Assembly (NCBI RefSeq): GCF_000143415.4
Contig: NW_003314352.1
Location: forward strand, 1-64,000
DNA: 64,000 bases
DNA from: Selaginella moellendorffii
Lineage: Eukaryota > Plantae > Lycopodiophyta
Direction of reading: 5' to 3'
Shown piece by piece: positions 10,826 through 23,600 of this stretch. The notes beneath the pieces are model-generated. The model was not told the DNA's origin, did not search any database, and saw only the letters and a program-made list of their open reading frames with translations. The stretch's first letter is position 1. Each line of letters opens with the position of its first letter. A program made the translations under genes and the position numbers.

Positions 10826-12588
10826 ATGAAACTTAAAGGAGCATCGGCTATCTCTGCAAAATGGATGGTTGTGCTGTGCGTTTCCAGTTTCCTCGTCGGG
10901 ATGTTGTTTACAAACAGGTAGAGACATTAGAGTTCCTGTGCTAATCAATCAGCTGACGGACTTCCTTGTGGTAGAATGTGGAATATGTCTGAGGACTTTG
11001 AAGCTGAAGCACTCAAAGCTCCTGTTAACACTGAGCATTTGCAGCTTGTTACCGAGATACAATGCGATCCAAAACCGGTAAGCTGTCCGGTTTTCCCATC
11101 CAGGTGGTGGAATGAAACCAGTTTTGTGTTTTGTGAAGAAACCAGTTACTCCTGAGCGTGAAGTCTACGTTGAGGTATCTAAGACTCATCAAGCTATAAG
11201 GTTTGTCTTTGGCACGCTTAGATATCATTTTATTTTATTTTTCTCTCTCCGTCTCTCTCCAGAAACTTGGACAAAACCATTTCTTCCTTGGAAATGGAAT
11301 TGGCCGCAGTTCGAGCGGCTCAAGCATCGACGATTGGGGGCGGAGCTGCTGAGAAGCCTGCAATGGAGAAAACCGGCGAAGCCAGGCAAAAAGTTTTCGT
11401 TGTGATTGGGATCAATACGGCTTTCAGCAGTCGGAAAAGAAGAGATTCCATTCGTGAGACTTGGATGCCTACTGGTACGCTCTTAATTGTTTTCAGTCGC
11501 CCTTGAACAATGTTTTCTTACAGGTGAAAAACGGAAGCAGCTAGAACAAGAGAAAGGCATTATCATAAAATTTGTAATTGGTCACAGGTATGCAGTTCTT
11601 CTCTATTAATCTTTGTTTATAATAGTGTACATGGTATAGTGCAACGCCTGGAGGGATTCTCGACAACGCTATTGAAGCAGAAGATGCTCAACATGGAGAC
11701 TTTTTGAGACTGGTACACGCCTTTCTTTTCCTTTTCTCGTCATGCTTTAATGCTGTCGACTTAGGATCACGTTGAAGGCTATCACGAGTTGTCTTCCAAA
11801 ACTAAAACGTACTTCTCGACGGCAGTCGCTAAGTGGGATGCGGACTATTATGTCAAAGTAGACGACGATGTTCACATAAATCTCGGTAAGCCTGACAAAT
11901 GAAACGAGCTGCAAGTTTATTCTTTCTCTCTTTATTGTTGTTTCCAGGCATGCTCACTGTCACTCTGGCTCGGCATAGATCCAAGCCTCGCGCCTACATT
12001 GGATGTATGAAGTCTGGACCTGTCCTGGCTCAAAAGTAAGAGCTCTGTTACCGTGAATGCTAAGCTCCAAGTTTGTGATTATTCAGAGGAGTGAAGTATC
12101 ACGAACCCGAGTATTGGAAATTCGGCGAAGACGGCAATCGGTACTTTAGGCACGCCACTGGCCAAGTTTATGCGATTTCCAGGGACTTGGCAACGTACAT
12201 CTCCATAAACCAGTACGTATAGTCCTTACCAAGTTTTAGTTTCTAATCTAGAAAGCTCCTTTCTTTTCCAGGCCTATTTTGCATAAGTATGCGAACGAGG
12301 ATGTTTCTCTGGGCTCCTGGTTCATAGGCCTGGACGTGGATCATATTGACGATCGTAGTTTTTGTTGTGGAACTCCTCCAGGTACTAGTCAAAGTTCTTG
12401 CCATTGTTTTACGCTGTCCTATAATTCTTTTCTGGACAGATTGTGAGTGGAAAGCTCAAGCAGGGAGTGTTTGTGTTGGATCCTTCGATTGGACGTGTAG
12501 CGGGATTTGTAGATCAGTCGAGAGGCTCGGCTTTGTTCATCAGCGCTGCGGAGAGGGGGATAGTGCTGTGTGGAACGCAGTTTTATAG
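10826..12588 (+). CDS. GT31 beta-1,3-galactosyltransferase (type II membrane, DUF4094 + Galactosyl_T), multi-exon
   Basis: N-terminal TM segment, [95 protein letters not shown]. Confidence 0.92.
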
Positions 12589-13119
12589 CGATGGAAGAAG
12601 AAAGTTGATATCGTGCTGTAGAATCCATAGGGCCGGCAAAGTTTTGTAACATATCACCGCATTAATTTCTAGGAAATAACAAAGCTGACGGTGCTTTTAA
12701 TTGCAAAAATCTCGAGAGAGCTTTTGAGCAGCATGAAGATTCGATTGACCACGAGGAGGCGGCGTTCCCGCAATGTTGGAAAAAGATTTGCTCCCCCTGG
12801 TATGAAAACAAAAGGATCCAACCCAGACCATTCAATGCTTGGTCTTCTTCTTGGTCAGTGAGAGGCTCCCGTGTTTTGCAAAAGAAATAAAAACAGAGAA
12901 ACTTGTGACATGTGAAACGCGCAGGGTAAACTACACCGAGGGAGTAGCATAGTTTATTAGCCAATTATATGTTGAGAACGACAACGTTGCAAAAAGATAT
13001 GAGCGAAACAATTAGCTTATGTATATAAAGCCTATACTTAGAATCAAATTCAACAAATACAAGTTTAAATAAAAATTAAAGCATATTTAAAATATCCTAG
13101 CTTAAGCTTTGGAGAAACC

Positions 13120-14830
13120 ATGTCAGAAACAACATTCATGAAGCTACTTACCCTCGTGCTGCTGCTCTCATACTTACTACAGCAGAGTCCTGGCCGACTT
13201 CTTGCACAGAAGCACTGTCACAACAGGAAGCCCTTGGAGATCACCTGAAGGAACCTTTGGATTTGGATTCGTAATGCCTGAGTCTTCAAGCACCCGGAAC
13301 TTCAATCTCGCGATCTGGTATGACATAGATCCGAAGAAGACTGTCGTCTGGATGGCAATGGCAAACGGGCAGCTTGTCCAGGTGAGTGAAAATGCCAAGC
13401 TTGAGTTGAAAGCCGAGGGAGGACTTTCCGTCACTGATGGCAGCAGCTCCGCCCCCTTGTGGCAAACCAATCCCGGACAGTGTTGTGCTGAAAGTGCTTC
13501 GCTGCTCGAGAACGGGAACTTAGTTGTCCTTGGAAAAGACAAGAAAGTTGCATGGCAGAGCTTTGACTCCCCAACAAACAACCTTTTGCCCGAGCAGCAG
13601 CTCCGCACACAAGGAAATCCGTCCTTGGGATACGCGAGGTTGATTTCCCAGTCTGGAGCATGCTTGTTCTCAACAGTGGTCAGGTGCTGCTCAAGAACTT
13701 AAAGCTGGAGATCCCGCAAAAGTACTGGTCTATTGCAAATCCGACACTGAAGTCCACCATGACTTGCCTGGATGACGAAACCGGAGAGCACGTCTCGAAC
13801 AACAACGCTTGCCAGCCTGATCGTTCTCTCAAGTTCCCGGGCGTTTTGAACTTGAGCTCTCAAGGGGTCCTTTCCTTTTACGACGCAACTGGAAAGAGCT
13901 GGGAATGAGGATCAACGAGTTCAGAAGACTACGCGCTTGACTAAAACGATGCGAATGTGTTGAGGAGACTTACGCTGGACGACGATGGCAATCTCAGGAT
14001 CTACAGCTTCGGCCCGAAGAACAAGAGTGGCTCCTGGAGCGTCGTCTGGCGAGCCGTCATGCTCGAGTGCGACATCTTTGGAACATGTGGACCTTTCGCT
14101 CTCTGCACCTACAGGCCCATAAAAACTTGGAGCTGTCCTCCTGGATTTCACTGAGTTGATCCAAACGACGAATCGAAGGGGTGTGACTACGACATACCTC
14201 TGGGAGCGTGTCAAAACTCCCTGATCTCGGTGAAGCTCGTCCAGGTGAATCGAGCAGACTACTACTTCAACGATTACAACTTCGACTCGACCATCAAGTT
14301 GCTCGTGAAGTGCAAGGACACCTGCATGCAAGACTGTAAGTGCCTGGCAACCGCATACAAGTACGACGGCACGGGCTTGTGCTTCCTCAAAGGCAACTCC
14401 AACAAACTCTACAATGGTAAGCAGATCTTGAACGAGATGAACATGGTGTTTATGAAGTCGTCTTCATAGCATCCTGGAGCTGGCGATACGTGAGCTTGGT
14501 CAGGAACCCCTCAATCTCTGCTGTCATCTCCTCCCATTTCTTGCGGGAGGTTTCTTCCACACAGCTGCCACGACTGCAGCTCCAGTGGCAAACAGCCCGA
14601 GCTAGATAATGGCCACGGACAGAATGATGGAGTGGAGGTGCCGCGAGAGGTCAACTGTCCGTGTGTTTATCTTTGGCATGACTTGGTCCGTGGTGTTTGC
14701 ATCCACGAGGAAGGGATCGTGCTGGTCGTCGGCTGCAGATGTGTCCAGGCTCAACTTCTGCAACGAGTTAGGCTTGGGAGGATTTGTGAGCATGTATAGA
14801 GGAAACATGGCCATGAAGAACATCATCACC
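13120..14830 (+). pseudogene. G-type (bulb) lectin S-domain receptor-like kinase pseudogene, kinase truncated
   Basis: Signal peptide from ATG 13120, SPEGTFGFGF, WQSFDSPTNNLLP, RRLTLDDDGNLRIY, EGF (CDIFGTCGPFALC), PAN (CKDTCMQDCKC), kinase subdomain I remnant FCNELGLGGFVSMYRG; several frameshifts and stops; TM segment is inverted. Confidence 0.9.
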
Positions 14831-15271
14831 CAAGAGGGGGGATGGGTAGTTTTTGAATTGAGCTTAAGTTAATGAAAGTCAAAAGAAGGAGCTGCAATCT
14901 CTTCGTCTGCATATGCTTATTTAGATTATTGGTTCAACACTAACTAATCTTTTAGCTTACAAAGAAAGAAAAATATCTATTAAACAACATAATTAATATT
15001 AAAATCAGAATATATTCAGTCTTTTTTTCTTCCATATTCAGAAAAATAGAAATGGGTATAATGAGATGCTCCTTCATTATAGACTCGTATTGCATATAAT
15101 GTTGTGCCATGCATTCAACATAATAAGTAAGTGGAATTGACTTTAGTCCATATGATCATGCATATCATCAGGATCAAATATATGGACTGAAACACCATGT
15201 GTGACAAATGTGGATCTAATGACATAGAAACATTTAATAAATTACTTTAACCACTAACATCACCTATCACA

Positions 15272-18200
15272 AAATCTCCCAAGAATATCCTCAAAGGCAC
15301 CCTTCTTCTCAAGTGCAAAAACAATTTAGCTTATCTCTTTTGCTACTTGCACTATTGACTTGAATCTTTCTGTAGCATCAAACATAATCCCCTTTAGTAG
15401 ACAAAATAACTCTAACAAAATTTATATGGCTATGACCGAATAGTGTCAATAGCAAAGGAATGCTGAGTGAAGAACCTCCAAGTCAATCACATTTGGGATG
15501 ATGTCTGTAGAGCTATTGTATCCTGGTAAAGCAAGAGTAGTACACTCGTTAGCTCATGTGGCCTTATGGCAGTTCCCAACGTGGTATAGAGCATGGTAGT
15601 TCTAGGAATAAACATGGAAAAAAAAAAAGAATAGAGTTAAACTGTAAATAAAGAAGTCATGCACCTTTTGCTTTTGCCCACTAGTGCCTTTTGTATTCAC
15701 TAGTATACTTGAAAGAAGGCAGCCAGATAAAAACTCTATAAATCCATTATTGTTTTCAGTCAAGTGTGCAAGAAGGCCTTCCCATAGTAGAGAGCGGGGA
15801 AGGATCATGACAACCACATAAACCTATAAGGTTTGGAAAAGTGTTAGGCTTGCAACACATTCCATGATGGAGTATTCTTATGTGGTGGTGGCATCCTATC
15901 AAGAAGATAAAAAAAGATGAAATCAATCTTCTTATAAGATATGAGCTAATTTAGGCTATGGATCCACCAATCAAGTATGTAGAGCTCCTAACTAGTAACA
16001 TCTAAAAGTTGCATGTAATCCCCAATAAGAACAACAACTTCCCCAACACTAGCCATTTGGGATAGAGGGTGAACTTGAAACACAATTATTAGAACTAGTA
16101 GTTGGAGATAAAATTCATGCTTACTAATCTGTTTGTGAATAGTTGCAAAGGAGAGCTCTTCCAAATAGTCATCTGTAGCCATAGGGAGGGATGGGAAGAA
16201 TGTCTTAGTCCTCTAAAAAGACTAGTGGCTACTTTTTGCAACATTTATAAAAAAAAGTGAAGTCAAGAATGACTAAAAAAATGTTCCAAATCAAAGTCCT
16301 TACTCTCATGAAAGGCTTCATGATGGCCCTTTTGGTGGTTGTGAGGAGCAGGTATTGGAATTTTTTGTGCTAGAATCTCTTGTACAATTTCCTCTAGTTC
16401 AATGGTATTTGAATTTAGCATCTCCTTAATGGTTTCCTGAGTGTGGATTCCTGGGTTTTGTTGTTAAACTTTAACAACATCGTCATCATGGTTAGAAAGA
16501 GCCTTTGGAAAATAAAAATATAACTCAAGGTTAATATTTTCTAGTTAAACATTGAGTTTCAAGTGAACTTAAATGACATTTGAGGTAGAGATTCAGCTCA
16601 AAGTCCAATGTTAGCATCTACTCTAAAAGTTCAAGGTACCATAGGCATAACTCCCTCTCATGTGTACAAGGATAATAGAACTCTAGCTCATACATCCCAA
16701 GTTTCTTGCCTCTAATCAAGAGCTTTTGCAAAACACCAGCTATGTATATGGGTGCACCAGGGCAATATTTTAAATATCTACAAAGTAAAAAAATATATAT
16801 AAATACCAATATATAAATGAAAATTGAGAAAATAACTATAATTATGTGCCTCGCAAGAAATGGTTGTCCTAGTTGGTTCTTGAACTCAGCTGATCTTGTC
16901 CCACTATGAGGAAGCCAATTATTCCTGTAACTCCGCAAAACAAGCATAAATATATTCTTTGAGAGTGATACTTGTGCAAGTGCTGGAAAGAAACTTTTTG
17001 TCCCAGACTTGCAACATCTCCTCACTAGTGGCAATACTCTAAGAAATATATGCCTTCTCCTTCATCACCTTTTCCATCCTTGTCTCGCAGCATTTTTCGT
17101 TATTTTGCAGCCAAGTGTTGAGAATTTCCAAGTAGATGCTTTATTCAGCAAAAGACATTTTACTCTTAAAGATGTTGTAAATGAGCTCCTTCGGTGCTTT
17201 ACATGTTCCTACATACATAAGAATTATGAAATGTTTCATAAATTTTAAAAGAACTTATGAATGCAAGAATAAATCTTAGCAATGCTATCAAACCATTCCT
17301 ACCCGTGTTATATATCTGCAATTAAGAGCAATTTTTTCACCTTTGTTCTCTTTATATTCAAATTTGTTGCTCAATTGCAAGCCATTCCATCTCCTTCTGT
17401 TACTCATCCCCTTGGGCATTTTTAAAGAATGAGGCTCTTTTTCCTTTGATTATGGACTACAACAAAAATTATGTAAGTCAATGCATACTTCAATATTAAT
17501 TTAACTTCACCTAGATAGCAACCAAAAAATCAAGTGGTAGTTGGTACCAAGTATGCAATTCTTAGCGTTTCCTAGCTGCTAGCTTCACTTGAATTGTTTC
17601 AAATACCTCACGATGTACAATGTTTTGACCTCGTCTAGTGAGAGCATGCCAATAAACCAAAAGTGCTCAATATCATGTACCAATGTATTAGTTTAAAACA
17701 CAAACTAGTGAAGCCTACAAAAACACGATATTAGTTAAATTTACAAAATAAATTCTTATATATTGATCTTATGGCATGCCATGGTGAGCTTCACAATGTG
17801 CTCTCAAGTTATTAATTCGACAAGTGTAATTAGAACATTAATGTGTCATTCTTCGTCATCTCGAAATTTCTCCTGAATGCACTTCCAAAATGCCAACCAC
17901 CTATTATTTCCATCGATCACCCAAAAGAGCTTTCCAATGAACTCTACAGTCTCTACATGTTGTCTTAAGAATCCATCAAACTCACAAGACTTTTGCAGCC
18001 ATATAAAATCCCATTTTTGCTCAAGTTCAATAGTCACTGGCTTTATCCAACTTGTTTTGATTTTTTTCCGTGTTGAAGGGGTGGGAAAAATTGGTTCATA
18101 TGCAAACCAACATCTCCCCACCTTTGTTTTTCTTAGACGCAAGCTTTCTTGGTTTTTTTCATGTTTCTAGGGGTAAGATCTTTATATTTTAGAAAATAAG

Positions 18201-19313
18201 GAAAGATAGAAATATTAATTCTTGTGTAAACTAATATTTTCAATTATTGTAATAACTTGACAAGACATTTCTTGTGAAAATGGGATGGTGGAAGACATCA
18301 ATTCTTGTGTGAGTTGACCTCTCCTATATTTTTGTTATGTTTTTATTTTTTCTCGAAAGGTAGGGTGAAGTCAGTTCTCACATGAACCGATCTCTCCCAC
18401 ATTTGTTTTCTTTGCATTTCTTGTAGTTTACATTCTATTTTTCACATGTTTTACTTATAAACTTTTCTTGTGAGAGCATATATAAATCAAGCTTAATTAA
18501 CTAGAACTTCCAACAAGGGACTTAAACTTATAATGCTGCAAATTTACTTTACATTTCAAATTGGATGTTATAGTATTTTGCCTTTTATTTTAGAGAAAGC
18601 GTCAAGGCTAGTCTCAATGGTCCTGGTCTTTAGGAAAAGGCAATCACCTTGATTATTGTAGGCTTGGTTGATTAAGTGGAAAAGTATCCAATGAAGTTTT
18701 TGCTAGTCGTGCTGAAAGAGGCAATGAAGAGCATAACAACGACATAGATGTTGAGATGGATGCTCAAATTGATCTTAATGCTAGTGTTATTGAGGCTGTT
18801 GGTACTGGTGCTCCTGAGACTGCAACTATTAGTGGTAGAGTACTATCATTTGATGCTAATGGTGGTGGGGGAGCTATGCCTTTGGTTGTTGAGGCTGTTC
18901 GTGGCAAGGTAGATGAACTTACTAAGGAGGTTATTAGTAGTGTTGTAGCTGAATCTACTATGGAGGCTGTTGGGGGTGTAGTAGCTACTCCTACTACTCC
19001 TAAGGTTGGTGGTGCAGGGGGAGTTAGTGGTGGTGAGGGATTATGCATACATGATTCTAACACCATTTTAAATTACCATATTTGGGAAACAATCATCCAA
19101 GCTCAAGAACAGACAGTCAGTAAAGTGTTACAAGAAATGGTGTAGAATGGCCCTCATCATTTTTTGGTTCCTTTATGCCGGTTGGTTCAAAGCCATTACG
19201 TGTGCTTAACTTACGACCTCACATGGCTATCTATAGCTCCTTTGCAAAGGTTGGGTTTGGGAGCACAATTGGTACCTTCATCGTTTTACAATCTTTCCCT
19301 AGAACCAGTTGGA
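15272..19313 (-). pseudogene. Decayed ParB/Srx-like domain + beta-class N4C/N6A DNA methyltransferase-like gene; N-terminal part now inverted onto the + strand
   Basis: 17846-18052(-) KWDFIW...KLFWVIDGNNRWLAF (ParB-type DGxxR); 19146-19313(+) FLVPLCRLVQ..V.....L...FAKVGF...GTFIV; 15272-15421(-) ILLELFCLLKGIMFDATERFKSIVQVAKEIS*IVFALEK resembles the SAM-binding motif X-I-II block. Confidence 0.5.
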
Positions 19314-19470
19314 CAAACAAGGTAGAAATGGGCAAAAAACTTAACAAAAAATGAAATAGAATGCCAAGAGATGTTGGTTTGCATGAGAACCATCCCTTAA
19401 GAGAAAACAAAAGTCAAGAAAAGGAAAAACCTCTAATGGAAGAAAGAAGGTGAAGAGACGTTGGTGTAAG

Positions 19471-20636
19471 TGTAAGGAACCAACTCTCCAAGGTGTTGTA
19501 GGCTAAAGGATCCCCGAAAGCATGACCAAAATGACAAAAAGTTTATCGAATGGGACCGAGTTGAAGATCAAGTCCAAGACCGACTCTGAGACCGAGTTCG
19601 AGATAGAGTCCAGGATCGAGTCTGATGCCGAATCGGAGACTGAGCTTGAGACCGAGTTCGAGACCGAGTTCAAGATAGAGTCCGAGATCCAAATCGGGTC
19701 CGAGACCGAGTCCGAGGTTGAGTCCGAAGTCAAGTCCGAGATTAGGTTCGAGATTGAGTCCGAGATTGAGTCCGAGACCGAGTCTGAAGTCGGGTCCGAG
19801 ATTGAGTCCGAGATCGAATCCGAGACCGAGTCCGAGTACAAATACAAGTCAAGAGGTGAAAGCCCAAAGCGTGCGTCTCCCGGGGGGGGGGGGGGGGGGG
19901 GCTGCAGGGGGTTCCAAAAGTATAGTAGGGATAGTGAGGTCCAGGAACCAATCTTGAAGCAACTCTCCAGTGGTGCTTCTAAACTGACTTGAGGTTGAGA
20001 CTGGGGCCGAGGGGCCTTGGGTGGGAGTGAGCATGGACTTGGGTGGTGCCTGAGGGGCCACCCAAGGAAGTGCTCAAGAGCAACTCCCACTCCCGATAGG
20101 GAAACCGATTGCAGTGCTCCCGACTCATGTGGAGTGGTGCCCCACTTGAGTATCTTGTGGCTCATTGGTCCTCGCCCTTCCTAAGGGCTTGGGCCTTCCC
20201 TTCGAGATGGAAGTGGGGGGGTAGAGGTACCCATACTGGGCTGTTAGGCCATAGTGTTTTGCCCTGGCGTCCCGAAGCAAGTGTTGCACCTAAGACTTGG
20301 GATTTAGAAGGTCCTATGATCAAGTGTTGTAATACCAAGGGGTGTTAGGAACTTAGAGGCTTGGTGTGCTTAGTTTCTTGTGCATGCGGGGAGTGTAGCC
20401 GAACCTTAAGTCCAGTCTAACCCGGGGAGGGGGATTGGGAGAGATTTGGGAATCTGTGGAATGATGGCTAACGCTCCATTGCTCGTGCAATGAGTAGCTG
20501 AAACCAAGTAGGACCAAGTAGGAGTTGGTACCATAGGCGGGAACCTTGGTGAGGGAACTTAGCAAAAACCAAGGCAGTGTTGGACGAATAGACGAGGTAA
20601 GCTGGCAAATTGGAAAGAAAAAATTTGTGGCTTACA
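19471..20636 (+). repeat. Family A 5' LTR containing (TCCGAG/ACCGAG)-type hexamer tandem array
   Basis: TGTAAGGAAC...GGCTTACA; reverse complement of 34295-35451 and of 62944-64000. Confidence 0.9.
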
Positions 20637-23600
20637 ATTTGGTATCGGAGCCTTTTCCTCAGTTCTAGCGAAGGATAGAGGCAGATTGCTAGGAGATGGC
20701 AAAGGTAGGGTGGAAACGAACCAAGGCGGAGACGGAACCTTCTCCAGAGTTGGAGCCTCCGGTCGAACAAGAGGCTATGGATGAGGAATCCTTACATGAG
20801 GAGGACTTTAGTGAGGAAACTTCCAAATAGGAGTCCGGTGGCAAGGAGCGGTCGTCCAAGGCTCGATTGGACGTTCTAGAAGGACAATTGGCACAGACTA
20901 ATGCCCTACTGGAGACTTTCATACGCAAGCTAAAGCATGACGAGAAGCGGAAGAAAAGGCAAAAGACTGCGGAGGTTGGCAGCGCAAAAGGTGTAGACCC
21001 TTCGATAGGGACTGAAGCAAAAACCAGACAAGATTGAATAGATCGAAGTGGAATCGGTGCCTCAAACAGTTCCCAAGTACAAACCAAAGCCCCCATTGGT
21101 CTTCAAGGGAGTGAACGATTATAAGGTGGTGGAGGATTGGTTTTACGATATGGAGGACTACTTCCGAGCGTTGTGGTTACTGAGTTCGGAGAAGGTCCCA
21201 TGTGCAAAACCATACTTGGCAGATAATGCCAAGTCTTGGTGGAGAACAACAGAGGCCAACGAAGGACCGATGGCCACTTGGGAGATAATGAAGGTGAGGA
21301 TCTGCGCAACTTATGTTCCTCCAAATGCTACTCTGCATCTAAGAGACGAGTTGAGTAGGCTGAAGTAGACCAGAACCATTCAGGAGTATGTGAATAGGTT
21401 TATGGCAAAGAGGATACTTGTCACAGACATGGGGGATATGGATGCATTCCATGCCTTCATATCGGGTTTGCAAACCTGGGCTCGTGGCGAGGTGATGCGT
21501 TGGAACCTGACCAATTACAAAGAAGCGTTGGATGCGGCTATCAAGGAGCATTTCAACGATAATCTGTGAAAGGGGAACACGACGGGGTTGGGGTCCACAT
21601 TTAGCAAAGGGGCCAAACCAAGGGGAACATATAGCAAAGGGAAATTCAAGAAGAGTTTCTCTAAGAATGAGTCCTCGAGGTTTCGAAAAGGCAAATCCAG
21701 TGGCTAGCGAGCAAGTACGTAGGGGAGTCAAACAAAAAAAGACAAGCCCACGGATAATAAAGTCAAGTCATTTAGCAGCGTGGGAAATAACGTATGTTAC
21801 AACTGCGGTGAAGCGGAACACTTTTCGAAGGAATGTCCCTACCTAAAGAAGGCCAGAGCCAATATGGCCATTAAGTTGAATGATGTCCAACCTAAGGTAT
21901 GTGATCTAGTCCCTAGCTCAAAGTTACTCATTACACAAGCAACTTTGGTAGAGAGCTGTTCGCGACATCTACTAACCCTCCGAGGGAAGTTCGGAGGTAG
22001 CTTTGTTAAGATCCTTATTGACACGGGTGCTTCAGATAATTTTGTGGCTGCAGACATAGTCTGGCAAGCCGAACTAATGGTGTAGCGACTGGGCAAACCA
22101 AGGACTATAGAGTTTGTTCAAGGTAGCTAAAGCACCGATGAGGTACTTCGACAAGCGAGAGTCGAAGTAGGGACTTGAAAAGTAAACAGGGATTTCACCG
22201 TGTTGGTAATGGTGGGATTTGATGTGATCTTTGGGATGGATTGGTTCAATCGGTTTGTGGTAGCCCTGTATGAACAAAGTAGGAACCTTGTGGTACTAGC
22301 GAATGCCCAAGGAAGAAGATCTAGGGTGGAGGCCTAGGATCTAAAGGTAGGGCAATGCAAGGCCAAAGATTCCTGCCTAAACCTGGTGTCCACGAGAGGA
22401 CAACTCACTAAAGGGACCAAGGCTACATTTTTGTGCTTACTCTTGGTGAGGAGTGACAAAAAGACAAGAACGGAAGAAGTACCTTTACTGATCCAGCAGG
22501 TGTTGGACCAATTCCAGGATACCATGTCAGAGGAGCTACCGGCGAGGTTGCCCCCCACACGACCGATAGAACATAAGATTGAGCAAGTCGAGGGTGCTGA
22601 GGCAGTGGTTCGTCCCCCCTATTGTTTGAATGAAAAAGAACTCGTGGAGCTCAAGCGCCAACTAAAGGAGTTGGTGGAAAAAGGGTATGTTAGGTTGAGC
22701 AAGTCACCGTATAGGGCGCTAGTGCTATTTGTGAAAAAGAAAGATGGATCTATGTGCATGTGCATAAATTACCGGTTACTCAACAAGTATACAAAGAAGA
22801 ACAAGTACCCTTTGCCAAGGATTGAGGACCTGTTCGATAGGTTGGGAAAGGCAAAATACTTCTCAAGGATTGACCTAAGGTCAGGATACTACCAAATCAG
22901 GGTAGCAGAGGAAGATGTCAAGAAGACAACCTGTCGAAAGAGGTATGGGAGCTTCAAGTTTCTGGTGATGCCCTTCGGGCTATGCAATGAGCTGGAAATG
23001 TTTTCAGCGTTGATGAACCATATCTTTGTACCCTATCTGGATCACTTTGTGGTCGTCTATATTGACGACATCCTGATCTATAGCGAAACACTAGAGGAGC
23101 ATGCCAAACACTTGATGAAGATGTTTGAGAAACTAAGGGAACACTAGCTGTATGCTAAAGAGAGCAAATGTGACTTTGCTCAATAAAAGGTAAAGTTTCT
23201 CAGGCATGTAGTGGGCAAGGACGGGCTCAAGGTGGACCCTGAGAAGGTCCACACGATCCAGGATTAGGAGTGACCATCGAATGTACACGAGTTAAGGGCA
23301 TTCTTGGGGCTATGCAACTACTATCGAAAGTTTATCAGACACTATTCAAGAGTAGCTCTGCCCTTAACGGACCAAACGGGAAAAGGGAAGATGATATGGA
23401 CAACAGAATGCGAGGCGGCATTCGTCCACCTCAAGGGGAAGTTGAGGAAGGCTCCTGTGTTGGCAATACCAAACTTTGGTAAGGACTTTGAGGTAGAAAT
23501 AGATGCTTCATACTTTGCGTTGGGTGTAGTTTTGAAGCAAGACAACCATCCAATAGCGTTCTTCTCGAAGAAGTTGGACAAGGCTCAACAAAAGTGGCCT

